Positions 18,344 to 28,978 of a stretch of 64,000 bases of DNA are shown here, piece by piece. The stretch covers positions 120,535-184,534 of the IMG/VR virus record IMGVR_UViG_3300042691_053485. One strand, 5' to 3'. Position numbers and translations under genes: made by a program. This DNA comes from a virus. The first letter of the stretch is position 1; every line of letters starts with the position of its first letter. A model generated the notes under the pieces. That model was not told the DNA's origin and did no database searches. It was given only the letters and a program-made list of their open reading frames with translations.

Positions 18344-20997
18344 TGGCAGAGAAATATGTTGGTATCATACCGCACAAAACAAATGACCTAAAATTGAGCG
18401 AAAAGTCTACAGTAATTTACACTGTGGGAGGTATTGATATTACAACAAATTTAAATGAAAGCCAAACTTCTGCAATTTATCCACCAAAATTCTCAGATTT
18501 TTATACAACTGAAACAATTGGTGATGAAAATGTTTTAATTGGAACTATAAATTCACCTTCAAAAAGTCTAACTCCACTTCTTGATAAAACGAATCCAAAA
18601 TACTACGCAAAATTTGGCTCTATGCTTGAGCTTGTGCGGGTTGCATTGGATACTATCATATTAAAATTCCCGGCAGCAATCAATTCTGTTACAACAGTTT
18701 TCAACAAAGTGGGGAATAATATTATTAGTGCAGGCTATAATCCTTATACTAAAGAGACAAAATTTCTAGCCAACACCAACTTTTTTTCAAACCCCTTTGG
18801 AATATATTACTTAGATAATTTAAACTATCGATTTCAAGATGAAAGAGTAGCGGATATTCGAAATTTAACTAAAAACTATTTGAAATATGAATTAGTTGTT
18901 GGTGAAGTTTCCTACCCAATACTCAATCTTATCCCTGCCGCAAAATCTACCAATAGTTTTATAGAAGTAACAGTTTCAGGTGACCCCTTTGACACTGGGG
19001 ATAATTCAATTGAATTTTATATTAAACCGATTGAAAGCGAGATAAATAATTTTTATTTCAATCTTAGTCAATTCGAATCATACTTATTGAATCCTGAAAC
19101 TGGTTATAAGGCTATTTTTAAAGACCGAAAGGAAACAGATGGTGGCGTGGTATTAAACTATAAAATAGGATTCACATTTCCTATGATTGATGCTTACAAC
19201 ATCGACGTGACAAGCCAATTCTATGAGGGATATGTTCAAGACTTAGTTGATTTTGCAACACGATTTGATGAAGGCGAAGGTAACATTCTTATGCGAAAGC
19301 TTGTACCAGAAAATGTACAAAGTGTTACCATGGAGGATGTTAATGGTCAATACCCAACGTATGGTGAAATCAACAGATTACTAATTGTTTATGGACGAGA
19401 ATTAGATGTATTAAACAGTCAAATTGAAGGGATAAGATTTTTAAATACTGTTACTTATGACGGCAACGATAACATGCCCGAATCGCTACTTTTTGAATTT
19501 GTTAAGGCTTTGGGCTGGGAAATTAACGAACTTCCAAAAGAAGTTTTAAAAATTCTAGCGATAAATAGCAATTGGATTTTCAAATCTAAGGGAACTAAAA
19601 ATCCAATTGAATTTATATTGGATTTGATGGGTATTCCATTGGATATTATAGAGTTCAACCAATACATTTTAAAGGCAAAACGCCCAATTGATGTCAATCG
19701 GTTGAAGTTCCTGTATAGTTTAATATCTCCGGATACTGATTTTCCTATCGAAAGTTTACCAATAACCGAAGATGGATACCCAAGATTCTTTGATGATACC
19801 GAAGAAGATTACTTCCAGCGATACGGTGAAATTGATAGGGGATTATCATACTTTTACAAATACTATAATCTTCTACCGAATGGATTTACTGGTTCTTCAG
19901 TTACCTATACTGAAGAAGTTAACAGCTTCAAAAGATTATTTGAGCAAGATTTTGATGGAACAGGCAGCACCTTAACATATTCAGTTGTAAACAATCTTTA
20001 TAGCACTTCTGAATGCTTCAATGTCAGCGGTGAAACAATAACAGACCCCCTTCCTGAAATTTTCAGGGATGACTGTGGTTGCATAATCCCAATTTCAGAT
20101 AAAGTATTAAAAGTCTGTGTTGAACCAAAAGAATTTACAGGTTGTACGAGCATCATACTAGATGCTTGGTATGATTGTATTTCAGGAGATACAGCGGAAC
20201 TTCATTATAATATTTTTGGGGGTAAACCACCTTATATTGTCTCAGGGGGGACAGAAGGGCAAATTCTTACCACAGGACAAACAATTTCCCTAATAGCCTT
20301 TGACCAAAACGGATGTTCTTCAAATATTGCAGAATTAACGGTAGAGTGTATCAATCCTTGTCTAATTACAAACATAGAAGTTGACTTATCATATTCATGT
20401 ATCTTGGATGAGTTTGGTCAAAATACAGGATTGGCAATTGCAAGCGTTACAGCAACCGGTGGAACTGAACCTTATACATTTATTGGGGTACAAAGCGGGG
20501 ATACCGTCAATCATGGCCAAATTATAACTGTAGAAGTTATTGATGCTAATGGATGTTCATCAGGTCTAATTGGATTAACTGTTGATTGTGAAGCTCCAAG
20601 CCCTGTAACTTGTGAAGAAATAACATTAATATCAACACTTGAAACTACAAGTGTAAACCTTGCTGAAAAGAGTGCGACAGTAAATGTTGTTTACTCACTA
20701 GAAGATTTACCATTTGGTTATATAATTGATACAGTCACCCTTGTTATAACAGGTGTTGGAACAGGTGACACGTTTGTTGTCGGCTCGCCAATAACCGAAA
20801 CATTTAATTCTTTAAATGGTGCAGAAACAGTTTCGCTGTCTTACAATCCAATTTCAGTACAAACTTCAATAACACTAGAAATTGAGTTAACTGCGGTATT
20901 CGCAAATGGTTGCACTTATACCAATGATTACACTTTAACTGTAAATCCTAGGCAGTTAGGAAGTACTGATAATTATTCTAACACCCTTTATCCCTGA
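18343..20997 (+). CDS. baseplate/tail protein with C-terminal SprB-like repeats
   Basis: P2 gpI/gp7-like segment (DNMPESLLFEFVKALGWE...KSKGTKNPIEF); GGKPPY...DQNGC and GGTEPY...DANGC repeats. Confidence 0.65.
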   Translation: MAEKYVGIIPHKTNDLKLSEKSTVIYTVGGIDITTNLNESQTSAIYPPKFSDFYTTETIGDENVLIGTINSPSKSLTPLLDKTNPKYYAKFGSMLELVRVALDTIILKFPAAINSVTTVFNKVGNNIISAGYNPYTKETKFLANTNFFSNPFGIYYLDNLNYRFQDERVADIRNLTKNYLKYELVVGEVSYPILNLIPAAKSTNSFIEVTVSGDPFDTGDNSIEFYIKPIESEINNFYFNLSQFESYLLNPETGYKAIFKDRKETDGGVVLNYKIGFTFPMIDAYNIDVTSQFYEGYVQDLVDFATRFDEGEGNILMRKLVPENVQSVTMEDVNGQYPTYGEINRLLIVYGRELDVLNSQIEGIRFLNTVTYDGNDNMPESLLFEFVKALGWEINELPKEVLKILAINSNWIFKSKGTKNPIEFILDLMGIPLDIIEFNQYILKAKRPIDVNRLKFLYSLISPDTDFPIESLPITEDGYPRFFDDTEEDYFQRYGEIDRGLSYFYKYYNLLPNGFTGSSVTYTEEVNSFKRLFEQDFDGTGSTLTYSVVNNLYSTSECFNVSGETITDPLPEIFRDDCGCIIPISDKVLKVCVEPKEFTGCTSIILDAWYDCISGDTAELHYNIFGGKPPYIVSGGTEGQILTTGQTISLIAFDQNGCSSNIAELTVECINPCLITNIEVDLSYSCILDEFGQNTGLAIASVTATGGTEPYTFIGVQSGDTVNHGQIITVEVIDANGCSSGLIGLTVDCEAPSPVTCEEITLISTLETTSVNLAEKSATVNVVYSLEDLPFGYIIDTVTLVITGVGTGDTFVVGSPITETFNSLNGAETVSLSYNPISVQTSITLEIELTAVFANGCTYTNDYTLTVNPRQLGSTDNYSNTLYP

Positions 20998-23975
20998 TGG
21001 CTTGTAATAATAACATAGTAATTAAGCAAACGTTAACATACGCAGACCCTGATACTAATAACGGATTAGTACAAGGCACAATATTGCTTGAAATTTTTAA
21101 TGCAGGTGCGGCTAGTATTGATGGTACTGTAACTGTCGATAGTATTAGAAGTACCCCTGTTATCGATTTAGATGACGCACCAATTTCAGAGTCACAACCG
21201 ATAACAAGCACAGGCAGCACACATAATTTTAATTTTTACTACCCCTCAACCAAGCCTGAATTTATCACAATAAATGCAAAGGCTAAAGTAAGAATTGACG
21301 ATTGTTTTTATGAAATTTCTTGCAATCATGTTTTACAAACTCCAAATATTTCAGAAGACAGCTCAATTTGTTCAAAACAAATACAAGGATATGAAGTAGT
21401 ATCCGGATGTACAAATCCTCTTTATTATGAGTATAACCCAGATGCGAATGTCGATGATGGAAGTTGTGCAACGCTAATCCCAATCCAAGGTTGTACAAAT
21501 CCGCTCGCTATTAATTATAATCCTTATGCAACTAAAAATGATGGGAGTTGTATATTCAAATCCGGGTGTACAAATCCAATTGCGGTAAACTATGATTCAA
21601 CAGCGATTATTGATGACTTTAGTTGTGAATGTGGGGATGTAAACATAGCACTAGATTTAGGATACACATCAGGCGAAAGCTTTGTCGTTGAAGATAATTG
21701 TCAATACACAATTGAATTTGACTTGATGACAAAAATTAATTGTGAAAAATTCTTAGAATTCTTTTACAATGACACGAGAACCCCAATTCAAATATTAAGC
21801 GACCTCTCAATAAACACCCAAATTTTCGGATTATTTGATGTCACAGGAAGTAATATCGTTTACACAGGGGGAACTGTCATGCCTTCGGGTGAAACTGAAT
21901 TTGTTCTATTACAAAGCGAAGAAATATATTTCTTTGACATAAACACAAAACCCTTTGGAATTGGCACTTATGGTGATGGTGACTCATGTGAAACAATGTA
22001 TGAACTTATTTCAGAAGAACTCGGCTTAGACTGCGAACCTATAACGAGTCGGGATTTTGAGGTATCTTGGAAGCGATACTCGATTGTGGTTAATAGTGAT
22101 TTGGTAGAATACTTCTTGAAGTTCAATTTAAACTTCTCAAATTTTAAATTTGGACTCTGTGCATATATTGACAATGTAAAGTTAACTAAGATTTGTGCAA
22201 TCCAGCGCGAAAGATGTGTGCTTATTCCAAGCAGATTCGGCTTTGAGTTTGAGCGAGTGTTAGACAATAAAAAATCTTGGGTGAAAAGTGATACAAAAAT
22301 CCAAAGAAAGTTTAATTATAATTCAACAGAAACAAATTATTTCGAAAGTGATTCTCGTTTGATTTTCAATACAAAAGAATTGGAGCTTCATTTGAATCCA
22401 ATCAAATATATTGAAAACGATGTGTTCGATTATTACTCTTACAATTCAAAATGGTTTAAAGCACAAGAATCATACTACCAATCATTAAATAAAGCAAAGG
22501 TTAACACAGAGTACATAGATGTAGTCGGTCGGCAATTTATAAGAGAGTACCCGAGATTAAATGCCATTTATGAGACTTACTTAGATGGAATTGAATGTGC
22601 AAACTCAAAAGAGTTAAACTATGGCTATGGGCTAACTTTGATAGAGTTGGCTGGTGCGAATTGGTTTAAACTAGTTGAGCAATTAGTCCCTGCTACTTCA
22701 ATTTGGGGTGGCTATGAATATATTATTAAAAACAATTTGTTTCATAAGCCGAAACATAAATACCAGCGGTATTCACTAGGAGTAGCAGCAAATCCGGATT
22801 TAATCACAACAGGTGTAACCGTTGAGTGTAGGTCTTTGAATGATAAATGTTTGAATGAGCCATTCGCAGATATAGATGGGTTTTTAAGTTTCGATTTCGG
22901 GAATATCCAATGCGAAAATACAATAACCGGAGGGACAATCGGCTTTTCAGGCGAAGGTGGAGATGGTTTTTTTAGGGGTCGCTTAGTTGAGTATTATGTT
23001 GATGAAAATGGTAATAACATTGTTGATGATTATATCGGATTCGATGATTATGAATGTTTAACAGGAACAACTTGTGAGTTGGCAAATGTGAATCCTAATC
23101 TATCCTATACTTGTATAGTAAATCCTGAAACAAATCAGAATACCGGATTGGCGATATTGCATATTTTACCCTCCGGTGGTATCCCCCCTTACACGATTTC
23201 AGGGGCAACAGATGGGCAAATTGTTGCTCACGAGTCTGTTGTTAATGTTGTTGTAACAGATTCCCAAGGGTGTGAATCATTAGAAGAGTATAATTCCATT
23301 CAAATCAATTGCCCTCAAACATTTTGTGATGGTAGTTTGGTGCTTGATGCGTATTATGTTTGTAACACAAATGAATGCGGAGTCTCAGATGGTACAGCAT
23401 TTTTATACTTCTCAATTTCAGGTGGAACGCCACCATATCAAGTCCAAGACTTACTAACATTTAATTACTTGAATCTGTCAGGGGAAGCTGTAAATAATGG
23501 AGATTTATTCTCTTTAGTAGCAATCGACGCGAATGGGTGCACAACAAAGGGCGTAACAGAGATAAAGGTTGATTGTGAGGACTGTCAATCTGTTTTAGAC
23601 GAGCTTGAATTTGAATGCTTACTCGTAACTACTGCAAATGGGAGCAACCCTGCATCATTCGACATGAATATTGGATTTCCAACAACTCCGTTTCCCATGA
23701 ATATTCAAGCCACATTTACAGTTACAGGAGATACAGGAACAATTACTTCAGGCGGAAACTATACTCAAACGATACCTGCGGGATTCCCACTTATTGATGA
23801 CTTCCAATTTGTGAACAATTATGGGACAGACCCCGTTGTTGAAACAACATTTACTTTCACTCTTGATATAGTTCTCGATAATGGATGTGAATTTTCAAAA
23901 ACATTTAACATAACAATTGACCCCACTCAATTTTTTGATAGTGTTGGGGAAAGCTTCTTTTTCAACTGTGTATAA
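20997..23975 (+). CDS. tail/receptor-binding-like protein with three GCTNP...DDGSC repeats and SprB-like repeats
   Basis: 992 aa; repeats visible in the translation. Confidence 0.65.
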   Translation: MACNNNIVIKQTLTYADPDTNNGLVQGTILLEIFNAGAASIDGTVTVDSIRSTPVIDLDDAPISESQPITSTGSTHNFNFYYPSTKPEFITINAKAKVRIDDCFYEISCNHVLQTPNISEDSSICSKQIQGYEVVSGCTNPLYYEYNPDANVDDGSCATLIPIQGCTNPLAINYNPYATKNDGSCIFKSGCTNPIAVNYDSTAIIDDFSCECGDVNIALDLGYTSGESFVVEDNCQYTIEFDLMTKINCEKFLEFFYNDTRTPIQILSDLSINTQIFGLFDVTGSNIVYTGGTVMPSGETEFVLLQSEEIYFFDINTKPFGIGTYGDGDSCETMYELISEELGLDCEPITSRDFEVSWKRYSIVVNSDLVEYFLKFNLNFSNFKFGLCAYIDNVKLTKICAIQRERCVLIPSRFGFEFERVLDNKKSWVKSDTKIQRKFNYNSTETNYFESDSRLIFNTKELELHLNPIKYIENDVFDYYSYNSKWFKAQESYYQSLNKAKVNTEYIDVVGRQFIREYPRLNAIYETYLDGIECANSKELNYGYGLTLIELAGANWFKLVEQLVPATSIWGGYEYIIKNNLFHKPKHKYQRYSLGVAANPDLITTGVTVECRSLNDKCLNEPFADIDGFLSFDFGNIQCENTITGGTIGFSGEGGDGFFRGRLVEYYVDENGNNIVDDYIGFDDYECLTGTTCELANVNPNLSYTCIVNPETNQNTGLAILHILPSGGIPPYTISGATDGQIVAHESVVNVVVTDSQGCESLEEYNSIQINCPQTFCDGSLVLDAYYVCNTNECGVSDGTAFLYFSISGGTPPYQVQDLLTFNYLNLSGEAVNNGDLFSLVAIDANGCTTKGVTEIKVDCEDCQSVLDELEFECLLVTTANGSNPASFDMNIGFPTTPFPMNIQATFTVTGDTGTITSGGNYTQTIPAGFPLIDDFQFVNNYGTDPVVETTFTFTLDIVLDNGCEFSKTFNITIDPTQFFDSVGESFFFNCV

Positions 23976-23977
23976 TT

Positions 23978-26068
23978 ATGGGATATATAATAGAAAATAA
24001 AAAACCTTTAATCCTTACAAGATTAACAGCTAAAGGTAGAGAAAAAATCGCGAAGGGGCTAATTGATTGGTCATTTTGGTCGCTTGGCGATTCAGAAGTT
24101 GACTACAAAAATATTGAGTTGATTCCTGAAGAGTTTGGCACAAGCCAAGTCATGAAACCTAAAGATTTTAACCCTAATGTAAAAACCTACCTTGAGCAAA
24201 TTGATTGCAGCATTTTACAACCAATCTCTCCTGCTGAAAAACAGACGATTGAGTGCTGTGTCAGAAATAAAGCTTTAGAGCGTGGATTTTTTTCGGGAGA
24301 TACAAGTGAGTTAATTACCAACTCTGATTACATTAAAACGATAGGAACAGTTGGACTTTCCCAATTTAATGGCTTATCAACAATAGATATTGGCACTGTA
24401 GACTTCAATGATGGAGATTACATCATGTTCAAAATCACCAAGCCAAATATAGGAGTTTTATCGTTATCAGAAACCGAAAAACCAGTTTTATATCTTTGGT
24501 ATAAAATTAAAAAGCAAAGCCCTATTTCAACAATAATTGAAGTTGATAGACAGCTACCCTATTTCGCATTTCTTTCAAACATTGATGTCAACTTTTACAT
24601 ATTTCCAGGTGGGGAATCAATAACAAGCTATTACGGCAGCGGCTCAACGATTCCTTATTGGAATTCAGAAACCCTTGAATTTATATCTCAGTGTGATGTA
24701 ACAACGGAGGATGTAAATGTTCTGAATATGAATAACGTTTGGAATGAGAGCCTAGCTGGAACACAATCAATTTATGAAAAGTATTTGAACTATGGTTCTA
24801 TTGATTATGTAGGTCAAAAGGAGTATTTTGGCTATAATATTGACTGTCCCGAGATAGTTCAAGAAACAGGCGATTGTGAGGATAAATTGCTTAACTTGAA
24901 TGATGATTATATCAAAGGAATTTCCATAATCCACTTTAGCAATCTAAATATTTCTAATGATTATGGTGAAAAATACTTCATTGACCATGACAATGACATC
25001 AATTTACGATTGAAATTTCCAACAATCATGTGGCATAGAAGAGACTTCTCAGGAGTCTCAGGAACCGGAAATATCATAGGAATGGAATTTATTTCATCAG
25101 GGGATTCCAAACTTGTTACAAATAGTGACATAACTTATTTCGACCTCGTTGAAGACCCCACATTTATCAGTGCTAGTGGTACTCCAATGGTTGTTGGAAG
25201 GGTGTTTCCCGAATTAAAGGTTGTAGTGATTCACGATGAGGAATTATTGGCAGTAATGTCATATAAATCAAGCCGAAACTTCACATTGCCAAACCTTAAA
25301 GGTAAGATGATTTCTCCACAAGATGGAGTTGGGACAGGTGTATTACCAAAGGGTAAGACAATGTATGTAACATATACAATGGAGGCTAATAACGGACTCC
25401 AATACTTTTTACCACATCAAAAGTATATTAAATTCATCAACAATACTAAAATCGACAGAGATATTGAATTTTCTTTGGAGGATACCGGACTCCTTCCATA
25501 CATGCGGCAATTAGAGCAAATGGGATATGATGGGCTTGGATTCTATGCAAATAGGTTCAAATTGCTTGTTCAGATTGTTGACAACCCTGATGATAGACCA
25601 AATCCTGAAAAATGGGTAAGTATTAATTATACGTCTAATCAGATTACAAATGTCACAAACTATACTATAAATCCTTTATATTTGGAGCGTCAAACCCCAC
25701 AATTGAATGGGTTTTATATAACAAAAACAAAATATAATTCAGGTTCTTTTTACAATCTTGCGGTTTTAAATATTCCGGAAATTATTTGTCCTGAAGACCT
25801 ACAATTTGGTGACGAAAGATTTTTCTTTGGGAATTTAGATTGTTCAATTGGAGCTTGTATATATAGGACGGTTTTCAAGTTGATTATTGATGCTTCATTA
25901 TTTGTAAAAAGCAGTAATCCAACTTGGGCTGAAGGAAATAATCTGTATTTCACAGAAATTGGAATATACGACAGCCAACAAGACCTTGTCGCAATAACCA
26001 AATTTAGCAGACCTATAAAAATGCCGCAAGGTAGAAAATTTGCAGTAGAATTATCCCTTGACTTCTAA
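23978..26068 (+). CDS. tail structural protein (tail-collar/fibre-like termini)
   Basis: N-terminal LTAKGREKIAKG and C-terminal FTEIGIYDSQQDLVAITKFSRPIK, typical of fibre-attachment proteins. Confidence 0.65.
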   Translation: MGYIIENKKPLILTRLTAKGREKIAKGLIDWSFWSLGDSEVDYKNIELIPEEFGTSQVMKPKDFNPNVKTYLEQIDCSILQPISPAEKQTIECCVRNKALERGFFSGDTSELITNSDYIKTIGTVGLSQFNGLSTIDIGTVDFNDGDYIMFKITKPNIGVLSLSETEKPVLYLWYKIKKQSPISTIIEVDRQLPYFAFLSNIDVNFYIFPGGESITSYYGSGSTIPYWNSETLEFISQCDVTTEDVNVLNMNNVWNESLAGTQSIYEKYLNYGSIDYVGQKEYFGYNIDCPEIVQETGDCEDKLLNLNDDYIKGISIIHFSNLNISNDYGEKYFIDHDNDINLRLKFPTIMWHRRDFSGVSGTGNIIGMEFISSGDSKLVTNSDITYFDLVEDPTFISASGTPMVVGRVFPELKVVVIHDEELLAVMSYKSSRNFTLPNLKGKMISPQDGVGTGVLPKGKTMYVTYTMEANNGLQYFLPHQKYIKFINNTKIDRDIEFSLEDTGLLPYMRQLEQMGYDGLGFYANRFKLLVQIVDNPDDRPNPEKWVSINYTSNQITNVTNYTINPLYLERQTPQLNGFYITKTKYNSGSFYNLAVLNIPEIICPEDLQFGDERFFFGNLDCSIGACIYRTVFKLIIDASLFVKSSNPTWAEGNNLYFTEIGIYDSQQDLVAITKFSRPIKMPQGRKFAVELSLDF

Positions 26069-26113
26069 TTTTTTTTTTGATAAAAATCTATAATCGATTA
26101 CATTAAAATAAAA

Positions 26114-26935
26114 ATGGTAAGAAATTATGTATTATCCCTAGACGTGAGTACCTCCACGATGGGGATTTCTTTGTTTGAAGATATGGGCGACTATGGTGTG
26201 TTAAAAGAGTTGAATCACTTCCAACCAAACTTAAACCCTGAGCCTGAAACTCAACTTGAGCGGATAAAGGAGAAGGCAGAAGTATATGTTGTTGCCTTAC
26301 ATGAAAAATACTCAATGTTTAATATTACCCGAATCATTGTAGAAGAACCTTTGGCGAACAGTATGAGTCAGAAAGTTGCAAAGATGCTGGAAATTTTTAA
26401 TGAATACTTTTGCCATCTTTTAGCTAAAAGGTTTGGAATCAAAATCGACTTCATTTCTGTCGATAATGCAAGGCGATTCGGCTTACCTGAACTTTTAGGA
26501 AAGGATGGTAAACTTATGAGTGATTTCCCAAAAAGTGTTGCAGGATTGAAAAAGAATGATTGGGGTAAGTTCCTAATTATGTATTTGGTTTCACAAAGAT
26601 ACCCTCAAATTAAGTGGATATTGAATAATGCGCTTAAAATCAGTAAAGCAAATTTTGATAGGGCGGATAGCGTTGTTGCAGGATTGGGATTCATGATAAA
26701 ATCGGGACTGTGGACAAAAATGGGTACACAAGAATTTTGGGATGGTAGCAACTTTTCCTATGAAAATTGTGTTACAATCATTGAGAAAAATGTAGCTTAT
26801 GAGAAGTTCACTAAAAACCATATTGATAAGGACAAAACTTTATCGGCAAAGGATAAACTAAAAGTTAAAAAAAAGTATCTTCTTGAGGTGTTTAATATTG
26901 ATAACTACTTAAATGTAGAATTTAAAAATGAATAG
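26114..26935 (+). CDS. RuvC-like Holliday junction resolvase
   Basis: LSLDVSTSTMG, IIVEEP and DRADS acidic motifs. Confidence 0.7.
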   Translation: MVRNYVLSLDVSTSTMGISLFEDMGDYGVLKELNHFQPNLNPEPETQLERIKEKAEVYVVALHEKYSMFNITRIIVEEPLANSMSQKVAKMLEIFNEYFCHLLAKRFGIKIDFISVDNARRFGLPELLGKDGKLMSDFPKSVAGLKKNDWGKFLIMYLVSQRYPQIKWILNNALKISKANFDRADSVVAGLGFMIKSGLWTKMGTQEFWDGSNFSYENCVTIIEKNVAYEKFTKNHIDKDKTLSAKDKLKVKKKYLLEVFNIDNYLNVEFKNE

Positions 26936-27866
26936 CGAAGTATATTCTGCCCTCCTCCGAACTTTCGGTACACCAAAGGCAACTAATCATTCAACAGGAC
27001 AAATTTCCTTTGATTGCCCCAATTGCGATAATGGCAGACATAAGGGCAACCTAGAGGTAAACATTGAAAAGAACGTTTACTCTTGTTGGGCTTGCAGAGA
27101 GAATTATGATGGGGTGAAGGGCAGGGATATACTTAGACTCATAAGAAAATATGGGTCTAAAGAAGATTATAAATTTCTAAGGGAGATTATGCCTCAAAAG
27201 GTATATGAGTTGCCTGTTGAAGTGGCAAAGAATGAGCTCGGATTCCCCAAAGAGTTTATATCATTTGAAGAGGAAAACTCTAATAAGAGAGGGTTTAAAA
27301 CTTCTTTGGAATATTTGAAGCTTCGTAAGGTGTCTCAAGAGAAGGCAATCGACTTTGGACTTGGATATTGTATTGACGGTAAATATGCAGGTCGGATAAT
27401 TATCCCATCATTTGACGAATTTGGTGAAATCGACTATTTTACAGGCAGAGATTTTACAGATAAGAGTAAAATAAAATACTTATCACCTTCGATTAAAGAG
27501 CAAGTATGTTTTAATCTTGGTAGAATAAATTTTGACCAATCGGTTTTCATAGTTGAGGGTCCGTTTGACCACTTAGCCCTACAGAATAGCATCCCATTAC
27601 TTGGTAAATCACCAAGCGATTTGTTAATTAAAACACTACAAAATCGCCTATTGGGAAATCTTTTTATTGCATTGGATGGTGATGCTTATGAAACAGCATT
27701 GAAGCTTAAATTTACCCTTGATTACGGAAATTTAAAGGGTAAGATTTATATCTTGAAAATTGAGGAACATAAAGATATTGCATCAATTTACGCAGAGAAT
27801 GATGAGGCTAATTTCTACAAAATTATCAAATCTGCTATCCTCAAAAATAATACTTTTGAGATTTGA
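26928..27866 (+). CDS. DnaG-like DNA primase (zinc finger plus Toprim)
   Basis: CPNC...CWAC; YAGRIIIPS; VEGPFD; ALDGDA. Confidence 0.85.
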   Translation: MNSEVYSALLRTFGTPKATNHSTGQISFDCPNCDNGRHKGNLEVNIEKNVYSCWACRENYDGVKGRDILRLIRKYGSKEDYKFLREIMPQKVYELPVEVAKNELGFPKEFISFEEENSNKRGFKTSLEYLKLRKVSQEKAIDFGLGYCIDGKYAGRIIIPSFDEFGEIDYFTGRDFTDKSKIKYLSPSIKEQVCFNLGRINFDQSVFIVEGPFDHLALQNSIPLLGKSPSDLLIKTLQNRLLGNLFIALDGDAYETALKLKFTLDYGNLKGKIYILKIEEHKDIASIYAENDEANFYKIIKSAILKNNTFEI

Positions 27867-27899
27867 TTATTATTTATTATAAAAGTTCGAAAGTACATT

Positions 27900-28376
27900 A
27901 TGGGTTACGATAAGATTGCGGTTATGTATAGGATTGAGCCTAAAAATTGGGATAAAATATTAACCCAAGTTAAAACCTCAGATATATACATTGACTTAAA
28001 AGAAAATATAAAGGGTCTTGAACAAGAACCACATGTTACGATTCTTTATGGAATCGAACCAACAGAAGATAAGAAGAAGCTTTTAAACATTTGTAAACAA
28101 TTCCCAAAAATCGAGATTGAAGGCACAGGTGTGAGTATTTTTAAAAACGAAAAGTTTGATGTTTTAAAAATTGATGTAAACCCCATTAAGCTGCTCCCGA
28201 TTCACAATTTCTTGAAGGATAACTTCGAATTTGAAAATGATTATCCCGATTACCATCCTCATATTACTATTGCATACTTAAAACCTAACTGTGGTAAAAA
28301 GTATTGCAACCCTAACACTTCAATAACTTGCGAGGCAAAATCTGTTTGGATTAGTGGACCAGGATTTAAAAGTTAG
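27900..28376 (+). CDS. 2H phosphoesterase, Acb1 / T4 gp57B-like
   Basis: Two HxT motifs, PHVTILYG and DYPDYHPHITIAY. Confidence 0.75.
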   Translation: MGYDKIAVMYRIEPKNWDKILTQVKTSDIYIDLKENIKGLEQEPHVTILYGIEPTEDKKKLLNICKQFPKIEIEGTGVSIFKNEKFDVLKIDVNPIKLLPIHNFLKDNFEFENDYPDYHPHITIAYLKPNCGKKYCNPNTSITCEAKSVWISGPGFKS

Positions 28377-28404
28377 TATAAACTTTAGCTAAATACATAG
28401 TATT

Positions 28405-28878
28405 ATGGAAACTATCTTTTTAAATTCTGACTTTTATAGGTTCAATCCTGACATGTTCGAAAAGATTCTAAATGAAGTCTTCAAGAATTTAATCGACCTT
28501 ACCGAAGAATATCCGGATTTCCGATTTTGGTTTTACTCCATTTTAAAGCCTGGAATATTATTAGGGGAGCGGGTTATAATAATTAAAGTTTTTAATGAAA
28601 GAATAGTTGGAATGTCAATTCTAAAAAGTACATTTACAGAGAAAAAAATCTGTACATTCAGAGTTATAAGCGATTATCAAAAGATGGGAATTGGCACTGA
28701 ACTAATGAGGCAGTCAATTATCGAATTAGAAACGACAAAACCTCTAATAACTGTTTCCGAAACTCGTGTGTACGAATTCTCAAAACTTTTTGAAACATTT
28801 AGTTTTAAAAATCATAGCGAAAAAGATTCCTATTATATAAAGGATAAGAAAGAATTTATATTTAACCACGCATTATAA
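28405..28878 (+). CDS. GNAT-family acetyltransferase
   Basis: ICTFRVISDYQKMGIGTELM acetyl-CoA-binding motif. Confidence 0.8.
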   Translation: METIFLNSDFYRFNPDMFEKILNEVFKNLIDLTEEYPDFRFWFYSILKPGILLGERVIIIKVFNERIVGMSILKSTFTEKKICTFRVISDYQKMGIGTELMRQSIIELETTKPLITVSETRVYEFSKLFETFSFKNHSEKDSYYIKDKKEFIFNHAL

Positions 28879-28959
28879 CTTAGCCAAAAGATAATTAAGA
28901 AAACCAAAACGCTTGAATTATTAAGCCGATAACAAAACCTAATTAAACTGAATATCTTA

Positions 28960-28968
28960 ATATTTATA
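28960..28968 (+). promoter_or_regulatory. putative late promoter motif ATATTTATA
   Basis: 10 nt upstream of ATG 28979. Confidence 0.55.
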
Positions 28969-28978
28969 AGAAAAGAAA

